From the NCBI RefSeq assembly GCF_001194135.2, contig NC_068981.1, forward strand, positions 14,861,136 to 14,925,135: a DNA stretch of 64,000 nt, in the 5' to 3' direction. Position numbers and translations under genes: made by a program. The stretch comes from Octopus bimaculoides. Its lineage: Eukaryota. Below, piece after piece: positions 26,300 to 39,402 of the stretch. Position 1 is the stretch's first letter. The number at the start of each line of letters is the position of its first letter. Below the pieces are notes generated by a model. It was not told the DNA's origin, did not search any database, and worked only from the letters and a program-made list of their open reading frames with translations.

Positions 26300-27480
26300 G
26301 TTTAACTGGCTATTTGTCTTGCCCTCCCTATTAACTTAACCCCAATAACTTAACCCTCAGCTCCATAAATATAAACCCAAATCACCACCTGCCTCCCCAC
26401 ATCTAACAAAACTAACTCTCATAATTCCAACTATAATTCCACTATTGACATCCGGACCTTAAATTTCCTACAATGCCCAACTATACTTCTTGTCAAAATA
26501 TAGAACGCCACAGACGATACCACAGGACACGATAATTATCATATTATACAAACCCAAAACACCGATTTCAACTCCCTAAAAAATACTAATCTTAACGCCA
26601 GCAATAATAACGAACCTAACACCGGTGCCTCATTAAGTAACAATCCCCACACAAATTCATTCAGAACACCCTTACAATCCTATGCAGCTCAGACGCCTGT
26701 CCTTTAGATAACAGCTGCCTCACAAAAGACATCGTGTATAGTATCAACTGCCAACTCTAACTACATAAATACCGGCTCATGCAGCAGAACCTTCAAAGCT
26801 AGATTGAGGAACTACTACTACAGTTTCAAGTCCAGATTAAAATCCAACAGCACATCGTTATCACAGCTTATGAATAAACTCAAGTTCGATCCAACTGTTT
26901 ACGTTCTCAAGTGGTCTATTGTCTCCCACGTCAATCCATACAGCAACCATAACAACAAGTGTGATCTCTGCATAGCCAAGTTCTTAATCGTTTTGCATTC
27001 CACGGATTGTCTTAATGAACGTAGCTGTATAACTTTCACCTGCAATCATCGATCACTAAATATATTCTCAAAATACAAATAGCAACACCACCCTGCCATT
27101 TTTTTCCTAAACTTCACAAATTTTCCCTCTTATTTACCCTCACTACTACTATATATTGGACCAATATTGTATCTTGCCTCCAATTCCTTATTGTCATTTA
27201 CATACTTCTCTCTATATCTTTCCTTACCATTTATATACATTTCTCTTCTTTCACCCGCCTCTCCCTCCTATTCTACTGTAAACTTACAAGTACATACGCC
27301 AACATACACCTCTACTACTTCATACTGTAAACACGCTCACTGCACACAATATAAGCACTCCTTAATTGAATGTTAGTAGTAGCCGCAAGGATTCTTTCCC
27401 ATTCTATCTTGCTTTCTTCATACATACTTTTTACTCTCTCTTGACCAACAATATTTCCCCACTTTCTTCCCTCCACATTA
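26300..27480 (+). mobile_element. Penelope-like retroelement 3' fragment with decayed GIY-YIG endonuclease and C/T-rich 3' region
   Basis: 26683-27082 reads CSSDACPLDNSCLTKDIVY, frameshift, then TGSCSRTFKARLRNYYYSFKSRLKSNSTSLSQL...LKWSIV...KCDLCIAK...CLNERS...TCNHR*. This is the Cys-rich linker plus GIY-YIG layout of C-terminal-endonuclease PLEs. Confidence 0.85.
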
Positions 27481-27599
27481 TATTTTTTTAGATACCACTC
27501 CCGTTGCTAATTTCCGTGATTCGGCCAAAATAGCCCTATTGAATACTACCGGTCAAATTATCTGAATGAATTCTCAGGAGCGTCGTCCGGAAACATAGC

Positions 27600-27840
27600 G
27601 AAAATTCAACACTTTGTGCATGATGATAGTTGGAGGACAATGACCGGCATTGCTGATGCTGTTTGTCCGTCGTATGGATCAGTGCAGGTAATCCTAACGT
27701 CTGAATTGAAGATTCGTCCCCGCCTGCTGACAACTGAGCTGAAAGAGCATCGTGGCAAATCTGTCTAGACCCTGTCTGCGTGCCGCTGATGAACCGTCCT
27801 TCATGTAACATGTCCTGGAACATTTTGATACCACCTCCTA
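27600..27840 (-). mobile_element. Possible mariner-type terminal fragment
   Basis: Minus strand TA-GGAGGTGGTATCAAAATGTTCC resembles mariner terminal repeats. A similar end lies in the same orientation at 27483-27504. No transposase recognised. Confidence 0.3.
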
Positions 27841-27859
27841 TATTTACATATATATATAT

Positions 27860-28110
27860 ATATATAGTGATAATTAACAAAACGAAACAAAAGACGAAGA
27901 CCGGTGTGTTAATAACAAACAGTTGTATTGGTTTAGCACTCGAGAAGTGAGAAAGTCTTTTACATGTCGAGCCTACGCTCTTCGATAGAAAGGAACACAG
28001 AAATAAACAGGGAGAGAACATAGAATATATATATATACGTGCACAATACATACATCCAACTGTCTGCTGAAGCCGAGCCATCGAGCGTACCATCGATATT
28101 TTCTTTGTCA
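27860..28110 (-). mobile_element. Penelope-type pseudo-LTR repeat with mutated minimal hammerhead
   Basis: Minus strand CTTT-CTATCGA-AGAGC-GTAG-GCTC-GACATGTA-AAAG: intact GAGC/GCTC stem II and CTTT/AAAG stem I, but both catalytic boxes are mutated. Confidence 0.55.
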
Positions 28111-29185
28111 AAGTTAATAAATATGTTGTCTACTAAATAGTATTCAATATTCTTTCAGTTGAATGCTGAAGTGTTTTTTTTACATATAACTTGCCATAAA
28201 AAGAAACATGTACATGTGTGTGTATACACATATATACACGCAGACACACACAAACTCACACAGACTCTCGCACACAGGTATTTAAATACAGCTCACAGAG
28301 TTGATATATATTAAATTACTTCTGTATGTAGATATAGTTAGTAACTTAACAAATCTCTATATTTGAATACCAATTATATAATGAATTCAAGAAACATATA
28401 TTTGATTAATTTATCTTCCTGAATATATAATAGTATATGTATGGAATTTGATTAGGTTGTGCATATTTAAGATAAGCTGCGATATAAGAGTGTTCAATAT
28501 ATTAGCGGGGGTTAGTTCTTATAACATTTTACTGCAGTTTCATTCTTTTTCCAACTGATGAAACTTGAATTATTCTATATAACAGTCTTCAATAGTTGCG
28601 TAATATTTAAGATTTCCTGTCCATTATATGAACATACATAATGAAACATCTCTCCATTCCAATGCAGCTAACTATTGAATATCCTGTATTTATTTCACAA
28701 AGCAGCAACCAAACTATTTCTGAAAGTCGTCTGAAATTTGCAAAATTGTATTTGATATCTAATTCAAAGAACTTAGACAGTTTATTGTTTTATTTTTAAT
28801 GGTAAGACTTATATCATCTCGAAAGAGGTAGTTATATAATCACAAATTCTAACTCTGATAGTCATCACTCATTATCAAACAATACGTCAAATTATGAATT
28901 TTCCGATGCGATCTTTGTTAAATTTAGTAAATATATGATTAAATCTATTGTTTCTTTAAGATAGAAGAAATCTTATTAAAAGTAGCTTGGTTTTCATATC
29001 TACGCTGCATACCTTTTCCTCATGCGTCAGCAGCACCAGCAATATCATGAGTTGAATATGTTCTTACATGAATACATTGACTGCTCTATCACGCTTGTCG
29101 AGTAACAGTATTTCGTGTAACCCATGCAAACCACGCTTTACAGGTGCGAGTATGTCCCTAATCACGTCTGTATATATGAATTTAA

Positions 29186-29221
<36 letters not shown>

Positions 29222-29234
29222 GCGTATGTGTGTG

Positions 29235-29304
29235 TTTAAGGTGGTGCTCCAGCATGGCTGCAGTCAAATGACTGAAGCATGTAAAAGAATAAGAAAATAA
29301 AAGA
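29235..29304 (+). mobile_element. 3' end of the main SINE family
   Basis: AAGGTGGTGCTCCAGCATGGCTGCAGTCAAATGACTGAAGCATGTAAAAGA is the reverse complement of the 45536 tail. Confidence 0.85.
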
Positions 29305-29317
29305 AAATATGTTTTTT

Positions 29318-31472
29318 TTGTGTGAGAGAACGACGCCCCTTGGTGAGAATGAATTGGACCACTGGGATTTCATGCTAGTTCCACTTTGTCTTAAAAGGCG
29401 TCTTCGTGGTAAGCCACTCTTAAATTAATTGTCGTATTGTTGATTTGCTGTTTACTCTACTTTTTTGTGTTGAACAACGGTTTGTTTTGCTGCCTACGGC
29501 AGTTTTGTACACGTTGTCCGCCAAGTTTGAAGGGTTAGCACAGTGTTAAAAAATGGAGTAAGACGATTTGAGTTCTCCTGAGGAAGAATTGCTGAAAGCA
29601 ATATTTCTGTAGTAGGCAAAATAGAAGAAAAATGTTTTTCGGCCGTGGCCAAACGCCACAACAAATAAATGGATGTAAAGGAACTTGGTAAATACAAGAA
29701 TATTCTTCTCAGAAAGGAGCACGACATAAAGGTTTCCCCTCCCCAAGAGGTATTACAGAAAACCAAAGAAAAAATGATAATCTATACAACTTACTCTGTC
29801 AAAACCATGAAAATCGAATTAATGATTACAATTCAAATTGAAGAGGCAGTAAACCCATCTGGTAGGGAATTTCTTAACTTGCCAGAGGAGAAAAGTTTGG
29901 AACGCGGGAGTTGCTGTTCCGAGATAAAGATACTGCCAGGCTACACTCGGAAACCCACTTAAAAACTGATGAGATAGTACTTCTGCCCATATACTTTGGA
30001 TGACGTGCTTCCAGGGTAAGGGTAGAATACATAACCCTAGAAATAAATGTGGCCTGGATAGCAGCTGCTGTACTACTGGGCATGGAAAAAAAAAGATAGC
30101 GGTCCTCCAAGCCACGAGCACTGCACATAGACATTGGCAAGGGCAGAGCCTGGATACGGTAATCCAAGCCGCCTCGGAGGACCAAGAAAATATGGTGGAG
30201 ACCATAACGGTCGAAGAAGTAATACTCAGGGTTAGAATGGAGGGCAAGAACTGTCGTTATTACAAATATGGCTTCTCAGAACGCATTAAAGTGGAATGTC
30301 CTCCACCACCCGTAAAGTCACAAGAGGCACCTGTGATCATAAAAGAAACCGCACTTCTACAGCCGGCGAGAACCCGCGGAAGAGAGATCAGCACACAGAG
30401 GAAGGAGAAAATAAAACCAAAGACGGATGGCAAACTGCAGGACAGAAGAGCAGAAAGAGGAGAAAAAAGGCACAATCTGTGGATGATAACCCCTATCACA
30501 CACCCACCCGGCTCCTACCCAACCCTACACTCACCCACACTTCCCCTGCAGATACTAACCCAACCATAGCTGTTATATCGTACGTGCGGATGACCTCTAC
30601 TCAACTCTTTCTTCCGACGACTCGACTCTACCGAACTCGACGTCTACTCTACCGACGGCTCCGTCCCGCTCTCCCGCTCTTCCGATATTGCGCTCTTTGT
30701 CTAGCTATTTATACGTATTGGACTAGCGTACTTATCGCTTTGAGGTGTCCACACAACACTACCTCACCTGACACTGACAAATTAACCACATGCACAAAAG
30801 AGCCCCAAATTTTCCAACATTCAACCTGTGTAAAAAAATGTATAGTGATTTACAATTCAAAATATGCTAAGCTATCTCAGGAGGTAGACAGTTGGGATGA
30901 GCAGATAAAAGTAATTATAGTAGAGTGTGGAGAGTTGCCCTCGTACTGTGATTTTGTGATAGTGAACCCCAAATACACTTCAGGACCGGAAGAATACGGG
31001 AACAACGCTTTTCATTGGCAGAAGAAAAGCCAAACCAGGTGTACACCAACAACGTTAGATTACAACGAACTTATTAAAGACTTTAATATAGACATTCTAT
31101 GTGGTGAATAAGGGTTAAAAGTGTTTTAAACAAGTAAATTATCGTGCATAACCAAGATAAATGATGTGGCCCGGATGGTGGCGCGATTCGAGAAACTTCA
31201 TTTCATGTTTACTTCCATTATTTAATTCATTCTTTTCGTTCGATTGTACTAACCCATATATGTTGGCCCCGTGTGAGCAATAAAGATATAAGTCCGTGCT
31301 AGGCCCACAGTTCGTGTGTTGATGGTTCAAAGTTGGAGTTCAAAGCTCATGGTTCGAGTTAGCGTGTTGGATTGTTGGTTCTTAAAAGATTCTTGGTACG
31401 TTCTGTGAGGTTAATGCCGTTTGTTTCGATTATTACACTGTTTTAGTGTATTCGTTTAGCCATTAGGATATA

Positions 31473-31473
<1 letters not shown>
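29318..31473 (+). mobile_element. Non-LTR-like element encoding only a decayed gag/ORF1-like protein (zinc-knuckle remnant); no reverse transcriptase
   Basis: Joining frameshifted segments from ATG 29553 to stop 31111 gives one frame: MDVKELGKYK...LARGEKFGTREL...LLPIYFG*RASRVRVEY...RVRMEGKNCRYYKYGFSERIKVEC (decayed CxxCxxxxHxxxxC)...DGWQTAGQKSRKRRKK. Then ~360 nt of 3' region with AATAAA and a (CA)n(TA)n tail. Confidence 0.7.
30571..30758 (-). mobile_element. Solo-LTR-like unit nested in the ORF1 element; related to 55609
   Basis: TG...CA termini (plus TGTTATATC...ACACAACA), TATAAATAG on the minus strand, and a first ~55 nt that aligns with 55609-55664. No clean target duplication. Confidence 0.65.
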
Positions 31474-31537
<64 letters not shown>

Positions 31538-34500
31538 ACAATACGGTTATTTATATTGTGTTATATAAATGTAGTTTCTAATCCGCTCGCAGGCCCTTCT
31601 GGGGGTACAGCCTATACTTTCAGATGCCCAACTGTACCATCGCGCAAAAATACTTTCAATAACAGTTGAATATAGCTACTACTTCAAAACATATCCATAT
31701 CCTCGTAGATGTAATAATGCATTCGTATATGACTTTGGATATTTATCGCAGTTGAGAAAGTAACGTACTCCATGAATTTCTGAGATAAACCAAATAAAAT
31801 AACTGAAAAAATATAATTTGATGCTGTCTGAACTAAGCAATTTTGTGACCATAATTTGATATTTTCATCGACTTAAATAGGTTGCATGTCATGATGGTGT
31901 TTATATGTAACATAGTATTGTATTTCTGTGTTAATGTTGACATTGCTACTGCCAATAAAGCACTTGAAATTATATCAGAACGGTCAAAACATAATTGTAT
32001 TATATTATTTTGCCTTTCCGAAGCTATATTGATTCCTGTAAATGTAATAGTCGTATCTAATGGTATATGTGTGCGTGTGTGTATGGGGGGGTGCGTGTGT
32101 GCGTGTGATTGTCTCTGTGTGTGTTTGTGTGTGTGTGTGTGNNNNNNNNNNNNNNNNNNNNNNNNNNNNNNNNNNNNNNNNNNNNNNNNNNNNNNNNNNN
32201 NNNNNNNNNNNNNNNNNNNNNNNNNNNNNNNNNNNNNNNNNNNNNNNNNNNNNNNNNNNNNNNNNNNNNNNNNNNNNNNNNNNNNNNNNNNNNNNNNNNN
32301 NNNNNNNNNNNNNNNNNNNNNNNNNNNNNNNNNNNNNNNNNNNNNNNNNNNNNNNNNNNNNNNNNNNNNNNNNNNNNNNNNNNNNNNNNNNNNNNNNNNN
32401 NNNNNNNNNNNNNNNNNNNNNNNNNNNNNNNNNNNNNNNNNNNNNNNNNNNNNNNNNNNNNNNNNNNNNNNNNNNNNNNNNNNNNNNNNNNNNNNNNNNN
32501 NNNNNNNNNNNNNNNNNNNNNNNNNNNNNNNNNNNNNNNNNNNNNNNNNNNNNNNNNNNNNNNNNNNNNNNNNNNNNNNNNNNNNNNNNNNNNNNNNNNN
32601 NNNNNNNNNNNNNNNNNNNNNNNNNNNNNNNNNNNNNNNNNNNNNNNNNNNNNNNNNNNNNNNNNNNNNNNNNNNNATATATATATATATGGTATGTGTG
32701 TGTGCGGGTGTGTGTGTGTGTGCGTGTGTGTGTGTTTGTGTGTGTGCGTGTGCGTGTGTGAATGTTTATGTGTATTCGTGTGTGTGTATGTGCATACGTG
32801 TATGTATGTACAGAAAGAATTTGGGAAATATCTAAAAGCCGAATCTTGATATTTGAAATCTATCATACTTACGTAATAATAAGATGAAGACTAGAGAGTA
32901 AAAAAAAAAAAGAGGAATGTAGAATTGTAATATCCAATGATGCCAAATATAATTTTGATAACTATGAATTACAAAATAGCAGAAATTAGAAAATAATCAC
33001 GAAAATATATAGAGAAGTCCGGATTGATGCGTAAGTAATGTATTTTCCAGTTGCTATTTAATATATATACATAAGAGATTCTGTGGAACAAAAACGTATT
33101 ATATAATAAGTTTATTTTGTCTAGAAGAACTAAGGTGAATGAACCTACTGACAAGATGCATTATACATACGCCAAATCCTTCACAGTTTTCAAAACCTAC
33201 GTAAAACAGTCATGTTCATGTGGGAACGGGATTAAATTTAAAATCCAAGTGATTAAACTTTCCTCATATCGAATATAATGAGAAGCAGAAGATAACAGCC
33301 ACTGGATGGTCCGAAATTATTAAGCATACAGGGAAAACACCTAAAAAATAAAATATAGTAAATGTAAAATAATGCAAATATAAACATTGGAAGTCTTTAT
33401 TTAGTATACAAATTTTCAGAAATTTACATTTCGAATGAAGTAAAATACTATGAAAATGAAAATAACTTTTAAAGAGAAAAAGAGAGAGGGGAGAGAGAGG
33501 GAGAGAGAGGGAGATAGAAAGTGACGAGAGAGAGGGGGAGAGAAAGAAACGATAACAGATGATAGTCGAGGCTTAAAAATCTATGAATTTAAATCTAATT
33601 TGTCAGAAAAACTGGAAAGTTAGTTTTAAATTATGCTTACTATTTACAATTCATTGCATTAGTTTATCCTGTTTTCTCTGATAACTAATAGAATACCCAA
33701 GGCTATACAAAGTCTGCAAGCCCATGTGTAACCTGTAAATTTTCAAAATAGTGACAAAAGGTCAGTATGTATGGTAAAAAAATATTCTTATATGTCAAGA
33801 AAGGAATGTATTCCATCTGCGGTGAAGTTATGATGATGGACACAAATTCTTTCCTTGACAGTTCTTAAAAGAAGGTATTGTTGTCAGTGATAACAATACA
33901 TTTGTTATAACAGGTTTTAATGGCCACAATATGTATCTAACAGAGAATCCTTCTTAGATTTACAATTACATTGATGCTCATATTAGTTGCAGTGTAGCTG
34001 ATTGAGAAAATAAGGGTTGGAGAAACTGCTTCAAGGATGTCATTAATGTGTTATGAGTTCAGTTATCACCAAAGTTTACTATGTATGTCTAATTCGAAAG
34101 ATATAGTACTAGTCACATAGTGAGGGCTGTATGAATCGCTCTGACAGACAGACAGAGACAGAGAATTAATACGAGTAAGCAAGCGTGATAAACATGTTTT
34201 ATATCTATATTGAGTTTGCATCATGTATACGTTGACTTTTGAAACGAATGATTTATTTCGTTAGTGTGATTCCACAAGTACATAACAAAGGACTTTTAAC
34301 ATTTAAACTAAGGTTACTTCGCAAAACCACTGGGATATGGGACAATATAAATAAACCTTATATCATTGATTTCTTTGTCAAATACGCATTCTCCCTTTAG
34401 ATGCCGTCTAACATTGAAATAGACGAAATGGAACGTTAGTAAATAATCGATTGACTTACTATCATATGATAAACTTTTGGTCAAATAATTATAAGGGAAA

Positions 34501-34987
34501 TGAATAAAAGTCTAACAAAAGTTATTAAATAGAAGTGAATAAAATTAAATTCAGTATAAGATTTGGTTTCAAGATTACCTTTCAAACACTTCAAAACGAT
34601 ATTGATTTTGGCTGATTTTTATAAAGACGATTATATCTGAATAGATTTCCATATAATATAATATGTGTGAATATATTCGTGAGTGAAAACACCGATGTGC
34701 AATCATTAATTTACCAAATACAAAACAGAAAAGCTACATTAACATTTCCTTCAGACTCTAGCATGCTCGATAAGTTAATGAACGCCACAACCTCCTTTTA
34801 CACTTTCTAACAACGCAGAGCACTTCTTCAATAGATTTGAAAGCGAATAAGTGGTTGTGTTAGGAAAAAAAAAATTAATAAAATCGAGCTTCAAGTGAAG
34901 TCGCTTACTATAACGGATTGTAATTGAAACACAAGGCCAGAACTGTTAAGGTGAAAGGGTAATCGACGCCATAGATGATAATATTAA

Positions 34988-35135
34988 CAGGTACTTTATT
35001 TTGTCAACCCTATAGACGTGAAAGCACTGTTAACCTTGGCTGGACTCGGAGCGAGAACGTAACTAATCAGATGACGTATCAGTGTTTTTGATGACAGTCT
35101 TTTCGAGGTTCTAACGACTCTATCAGCTCTTCACC
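34988..35135 (-). mobile_element. Highly diverged SINE of the 6946 family
   Basis: GGTACTTTATTTTGTCAACCCTATAGACGTGAAAGCACTGTTAACCTTGGC parallels GGTACTTAAGTTATTGACCTCGAAAGGATGAAAGGCAAAGTCAACCTCGGC. Confidence 0.55.
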
Positions 35136-35793
35136 ATTTCTGCATTTGCTCTTCCTTTTCGTTTAAACCCTACTACTCATAATCTTATAGCGATTTCTAA
35201 TAAAGTGTATTGAGTCATTTATTAAATTTCATTCCTTTCAAATAGTTATTTCTTTACGCTTAGAGAAGATCAATATAAGATTTTTTATGCAAATGTCATT
35301 GAAGGCAAAACGTCTTTCAGTGTCATCACTACGTGATTCAATATTAACTGTGGGGAATCTTGTTTTTGTTTTTTATTAGTATATCTCCTTTGTGTCTTAA
35401 ACTCAGATAAATCAGAAGAGTCCGATACACTTTGGGAAATATCAATGAATTCCGTACAAAAAATAACTATCCGTAAAATAAGTGTGCCTGTATGAATCAA
35501 CATGCGGGGATCTCAGATAGACTCACTTGTTTAGTTATGCCAATGCCTGTGGTAGTCTATATGCAGCATATGTGGACTACAGATTTGAAAGCTATTCATT
35601 GTAGCAAATGTAACTGAGTAACCGAGAGTCGCAACGAAAATTCACTTTCTTGAGTTTGCAAGAAGCTAAATTCATATCGTTACGTTTATAAATTTCTTCT
35701 GCAAGATTTCACCTGATGAGAAATCGTGTGTTGAAAACAAATATTGTTATATTTCGGGACGGTCATTTTTTGTTGCCAAATAAACACACGCAC

Positions 35794-35835
<42 letters not shown>

Positions 35836-38249
35836 NNNNNNNNNNNNNNNNNNNNNNNNNNNNNNNNNNNNNNNNNNNNNNNNNNNNNNNNNNNNNNNNN
35901 NNNNNNNNNNNNNNNNNNNNNNNNNNNNNNNNNNNNNNNNNNNNNNNNNNNNNNNNNNNNNNNNNNNNNNNNNNNNNNNNNNNNNNNNNNNNNNNNNNNN
36001 NNNNNNNNNNNNNNNNNNNNNNNNNNNNNNNNNNNNNNNNNNNNNNNNNNNNNNNNNNNNNNNNNNNNNNNNNNNNNNNNNNNNNNNNNNNNNNNNNNNN
36101 NNNNNNNNNNNNNNNNNNNNNNNNNNNNNNNNNNNNNNNNNNNNNNNNNNNNNNNNNNNNNNNNNNNNNNNNNNNNNNNNNNNTATATATGTATATATAT
36201 ACATTCGTTCTTCACTCACTTATTAGCATTCTTATTTTATGTTATATCCATTGTGGGGAAATCTATCGTCATACAATGGTGACCTCTTCACAAAGAGAAA
36301 GACGCACATGGGATGGCGGAATAAAGGAAGAGGTTATATATGTGTTACAAAAGAATTCCAGACAATGGGTATAGGATAAAATAAAAGAATCTCAAAATAA
36401 GAATGAATATATAGTGCTTGTGTATTTTGGGCCAAAAAGAAAATAATTACCATTCCGAAATACAACCGTAAATTCACATCCCGAATCATGAATTATAACA
36501 TACCTCCGCTATTTTACTGAGACAACACAATATTACTTAGAGAAATCGTTGTGTTACGCAAGTGACTTTAACTCTATACGTGAAGAAAGACGTTAAACTA
36601 GCAACGAGCCAAGACAATATAAATGGTCTGATGCTATAATCTCTGGAAATTTTAAGTGAATATAACATTTTCTATTATTTTAGATAATAAATTTGATAAC
36701 CAGACATCTGCTACTGATAATCACAAACACTAATACAACTTGTGTATGGGTGAATCGTCGGCTACTAATCCAGTTAAGCCATCGAAGTTGTTTAGTGAAA
36801 TGGATAAGATTTAGGCGCTTAGGTAGATGAAAAACAAAACCTTTCAAAGAGGTAATGAACTCGAGAGATTCAACAACCATCGAAAGTGTGTATATATGCA
36901 TGTGTGTTTTGTGTTTTTAAGTATGTGTATGTATATGTGTGTATAAATATATATATCAACGTGTATGAATTTGCAGCAAGACATATCACCAATAATGTCA
37001 TGAAGGTATTCACTGCGTATACTCCATATAATATCCGTATACTGACATAACAGGTAAACTGTGTACTCTTATTAAGATTTTACGTTCAAGAGAGCTGAAT
37101 AGAGATTCAATAATAATATATAGGATTGTTGTAGTCCTTTATGTATATGACATGCAAGATACATTTTTAAATCCGCTTTCGTTTCTCAGCTTTATCGATA
37201 CAACATCAATATACAAAGTAAAGGGAAATGTATGTATTAAAACTGCCGGTTTAAATGGTTGGTTTTAAGGCGATACGTTTTCGAGCTTCAAAATAATTAA
37301 ATTCGTAGTAGTGACGTTACAAAATGGATGCTGTGAGAGATGTAGAGTAGCTTACTATGTGTGATAGCCATACTTCTTTGATTCAATATTGATAGTTAGA
37401 GAAGCTAACGATGAGATAAGAGTAATGTATTTCATGTCGATAATATTCTAAACATTCACACTTCACGTTGTTTTTTTCTCGAATAAAACTTGATTTCATG
37501 TATATGGTGTTTTTGATATTATATTTTAGTGGTTTATTTAATTTGAGAACATTACGCTTTATGCTGCAATATACCAAGTTGACTATTTGTGTGTTGAATG
37601 TTATTTTTGTGTTCTGGTTTCCTGTCCGTTCTGATAATACTTCAATTGTTCCACTGAACAGTATGAGTTTTCTTTTTGATTCGCATTTGTGTTTTTAAAT
37701 TTTACTAAAATGGAGCTTTGAAGAGAAATTTATGCGGAAGGAGCAGATAACTGACTCTTTTGTTCTGCTCTCCTTTCATCTTGTTTGTCTTTCTAACTGG
37801 TTGATAATTTAGAATTATTAACGTTTTTAATGTGTCACGTGCGATATAATAAGCAGACCGCTTTAACACATTAAAGTGATATTCTCTTTCTTTCATTAGT
37901 TATATAGATTATAGATACTATTTGGTTAAGAGAATACTGCACTTAGATATCATAGTTATTTATGGTTATTTATGTTACTGGTTCAAAGTATATCGATCTC
38001 AGTAAAACAAAAGAATAAAATAAAAAAAAGGAAGTCAGATTAAATGTATTTGACAAAATAATCTCAGTTTGCCTCTACTGTATTTTTAATTAATAATGAC
38101 TTTCAACTGGAGATGTAAAACTTGTAATGGAAGATGAATGCGTCGGTTTGAAGTTCATATTTGTCATATTCTTCTTTCTTTTTTGAAAAAAGTTATGGCA
38201 ATATCTACACTAGTATACAATGAACTGTACACGGTTTTACTTCAGTATC

Positions 38250-39312
38250 CCTAGCATGGTGAGAGGAGAGCGTCAGGTATTATGAACAGGGCACCTCGTT
38301 CCAACAACTTTGCTATTTTCATTTTCTCACAGACCTATCTCGCAACAACGCTCCTCATGTAATAGTCCAATGGATTGAGATCAGGGGAATTAGGAGACCA
38401 AATGTTACGGATTATGTGATCATGAAATTTTTCAGCCATCCATTCCTCTGTTACTAGAACCATGTGTGATAGTGCAGTGTCTTCCTGAAGCACATGTGGC
38501 CTTCCATTGCAGACACTCTCTATCCATGGTTTAGCAATTATTTCAAGTACCTCAATGTAGGCTGCAAATTTCTAAAAGCTTGGGGAAAGAAGTAAGAAGG
38601 CATCACATGTCCTTCATCGTTGACAAACCCTAAAACAATGACAGTTGCAGGAAATTTGTACGCATAACACTTAGAACTTCAGAAGGGTCTGCATATTACC
38701 ATCTGTCATTTCTTATGTTAATTGTGTGATCTTGGTCTATGTTTTTCTCGTTTTAGAATAAACAAATCAAATCTTCAGCTGGGTTCTTCAGTTTGTTTAA
38801 GAGCCTTTTAGATCTGATGTAGTGATTTTCTTTTACGTTTTCTGACACTTTGACCTTTCCTCATCATATAAGACTTATATCTGATGTCTTCGTTGACAAC
38901 ATTCCTGACTGCTCCTTCTGACACATGGAAATCTTTTGCAACAGACCTCGTGGTCTTTCTGGGATTGTTATCGATAGTCTTTTGAACTTGATGGATAACT
39001 TCAGGTATTATGATGATTTCAGAGCGTTTAGATTACTTTTTTATGCTTTGATACTGGTGATACGTTTCCATCTTCAGTCTATCTCCTTACAAACTCTGTA
39101 GAAGGAACATCTGGTAATTTTTAAAAATTCGAGATATTTCAAAATCACTTTGCTCACCCTTTATAACCACAATGACAGCATGCCTCTTCATTTCTTGAGT
39201 AAGCTGAGGGTCTGCCATAATTATTTTCTGAAACAAAGATTATACTACGTTAGGAAAAAATGCAGCAATGACCCAAAAAAGGTATGTCCCTAATTACCTT
39301 AAACACTCTGTA
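38250..39312 (-). mobile_element. Decayed Tc1/mariner-superfamily transposon, DD37D (maT/mori-type) transposase pseudogene
   Basis: ATG at 39218 (MADPQLTQEMKRHAVIV). Catalytic region HVLQED-x37-D ending WSPNSPDLNPLDYY (38359-38400). Multiple stops and frameshifts. Possible end CAGAGTGTTT next to TA at ~39312. Confidence 0.85.
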
Positions 39313-39402
39313 TAACTTCAATTTGTCAACAAATTACTACCTTTACATATTTATGAAGATTTCATCCCTTTGTAGCAAGCATGTCCTGAATTTGTGGTGA
39401 AA

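Noticed and set aside
28590-28790. Minus-strand SIVSCIGMERCF resembling a GPCR TM3 motif
   Set aside because: Short frame bounded by stops, no other helices and no convincing splice sites.
29578-29606. CTGAGGA...GAAA hammerhead-like string
   Set aside because: The GAAA sits in the loop of an ATTGCT/AGCAAT hairpin, stem II is not credible, and it lies in the ORF1 coding region.
33830-34000. C/D-box snoRNA suggested by ATGATGA
   Set aside because: No D box at a suitable distance and no terminal stem.
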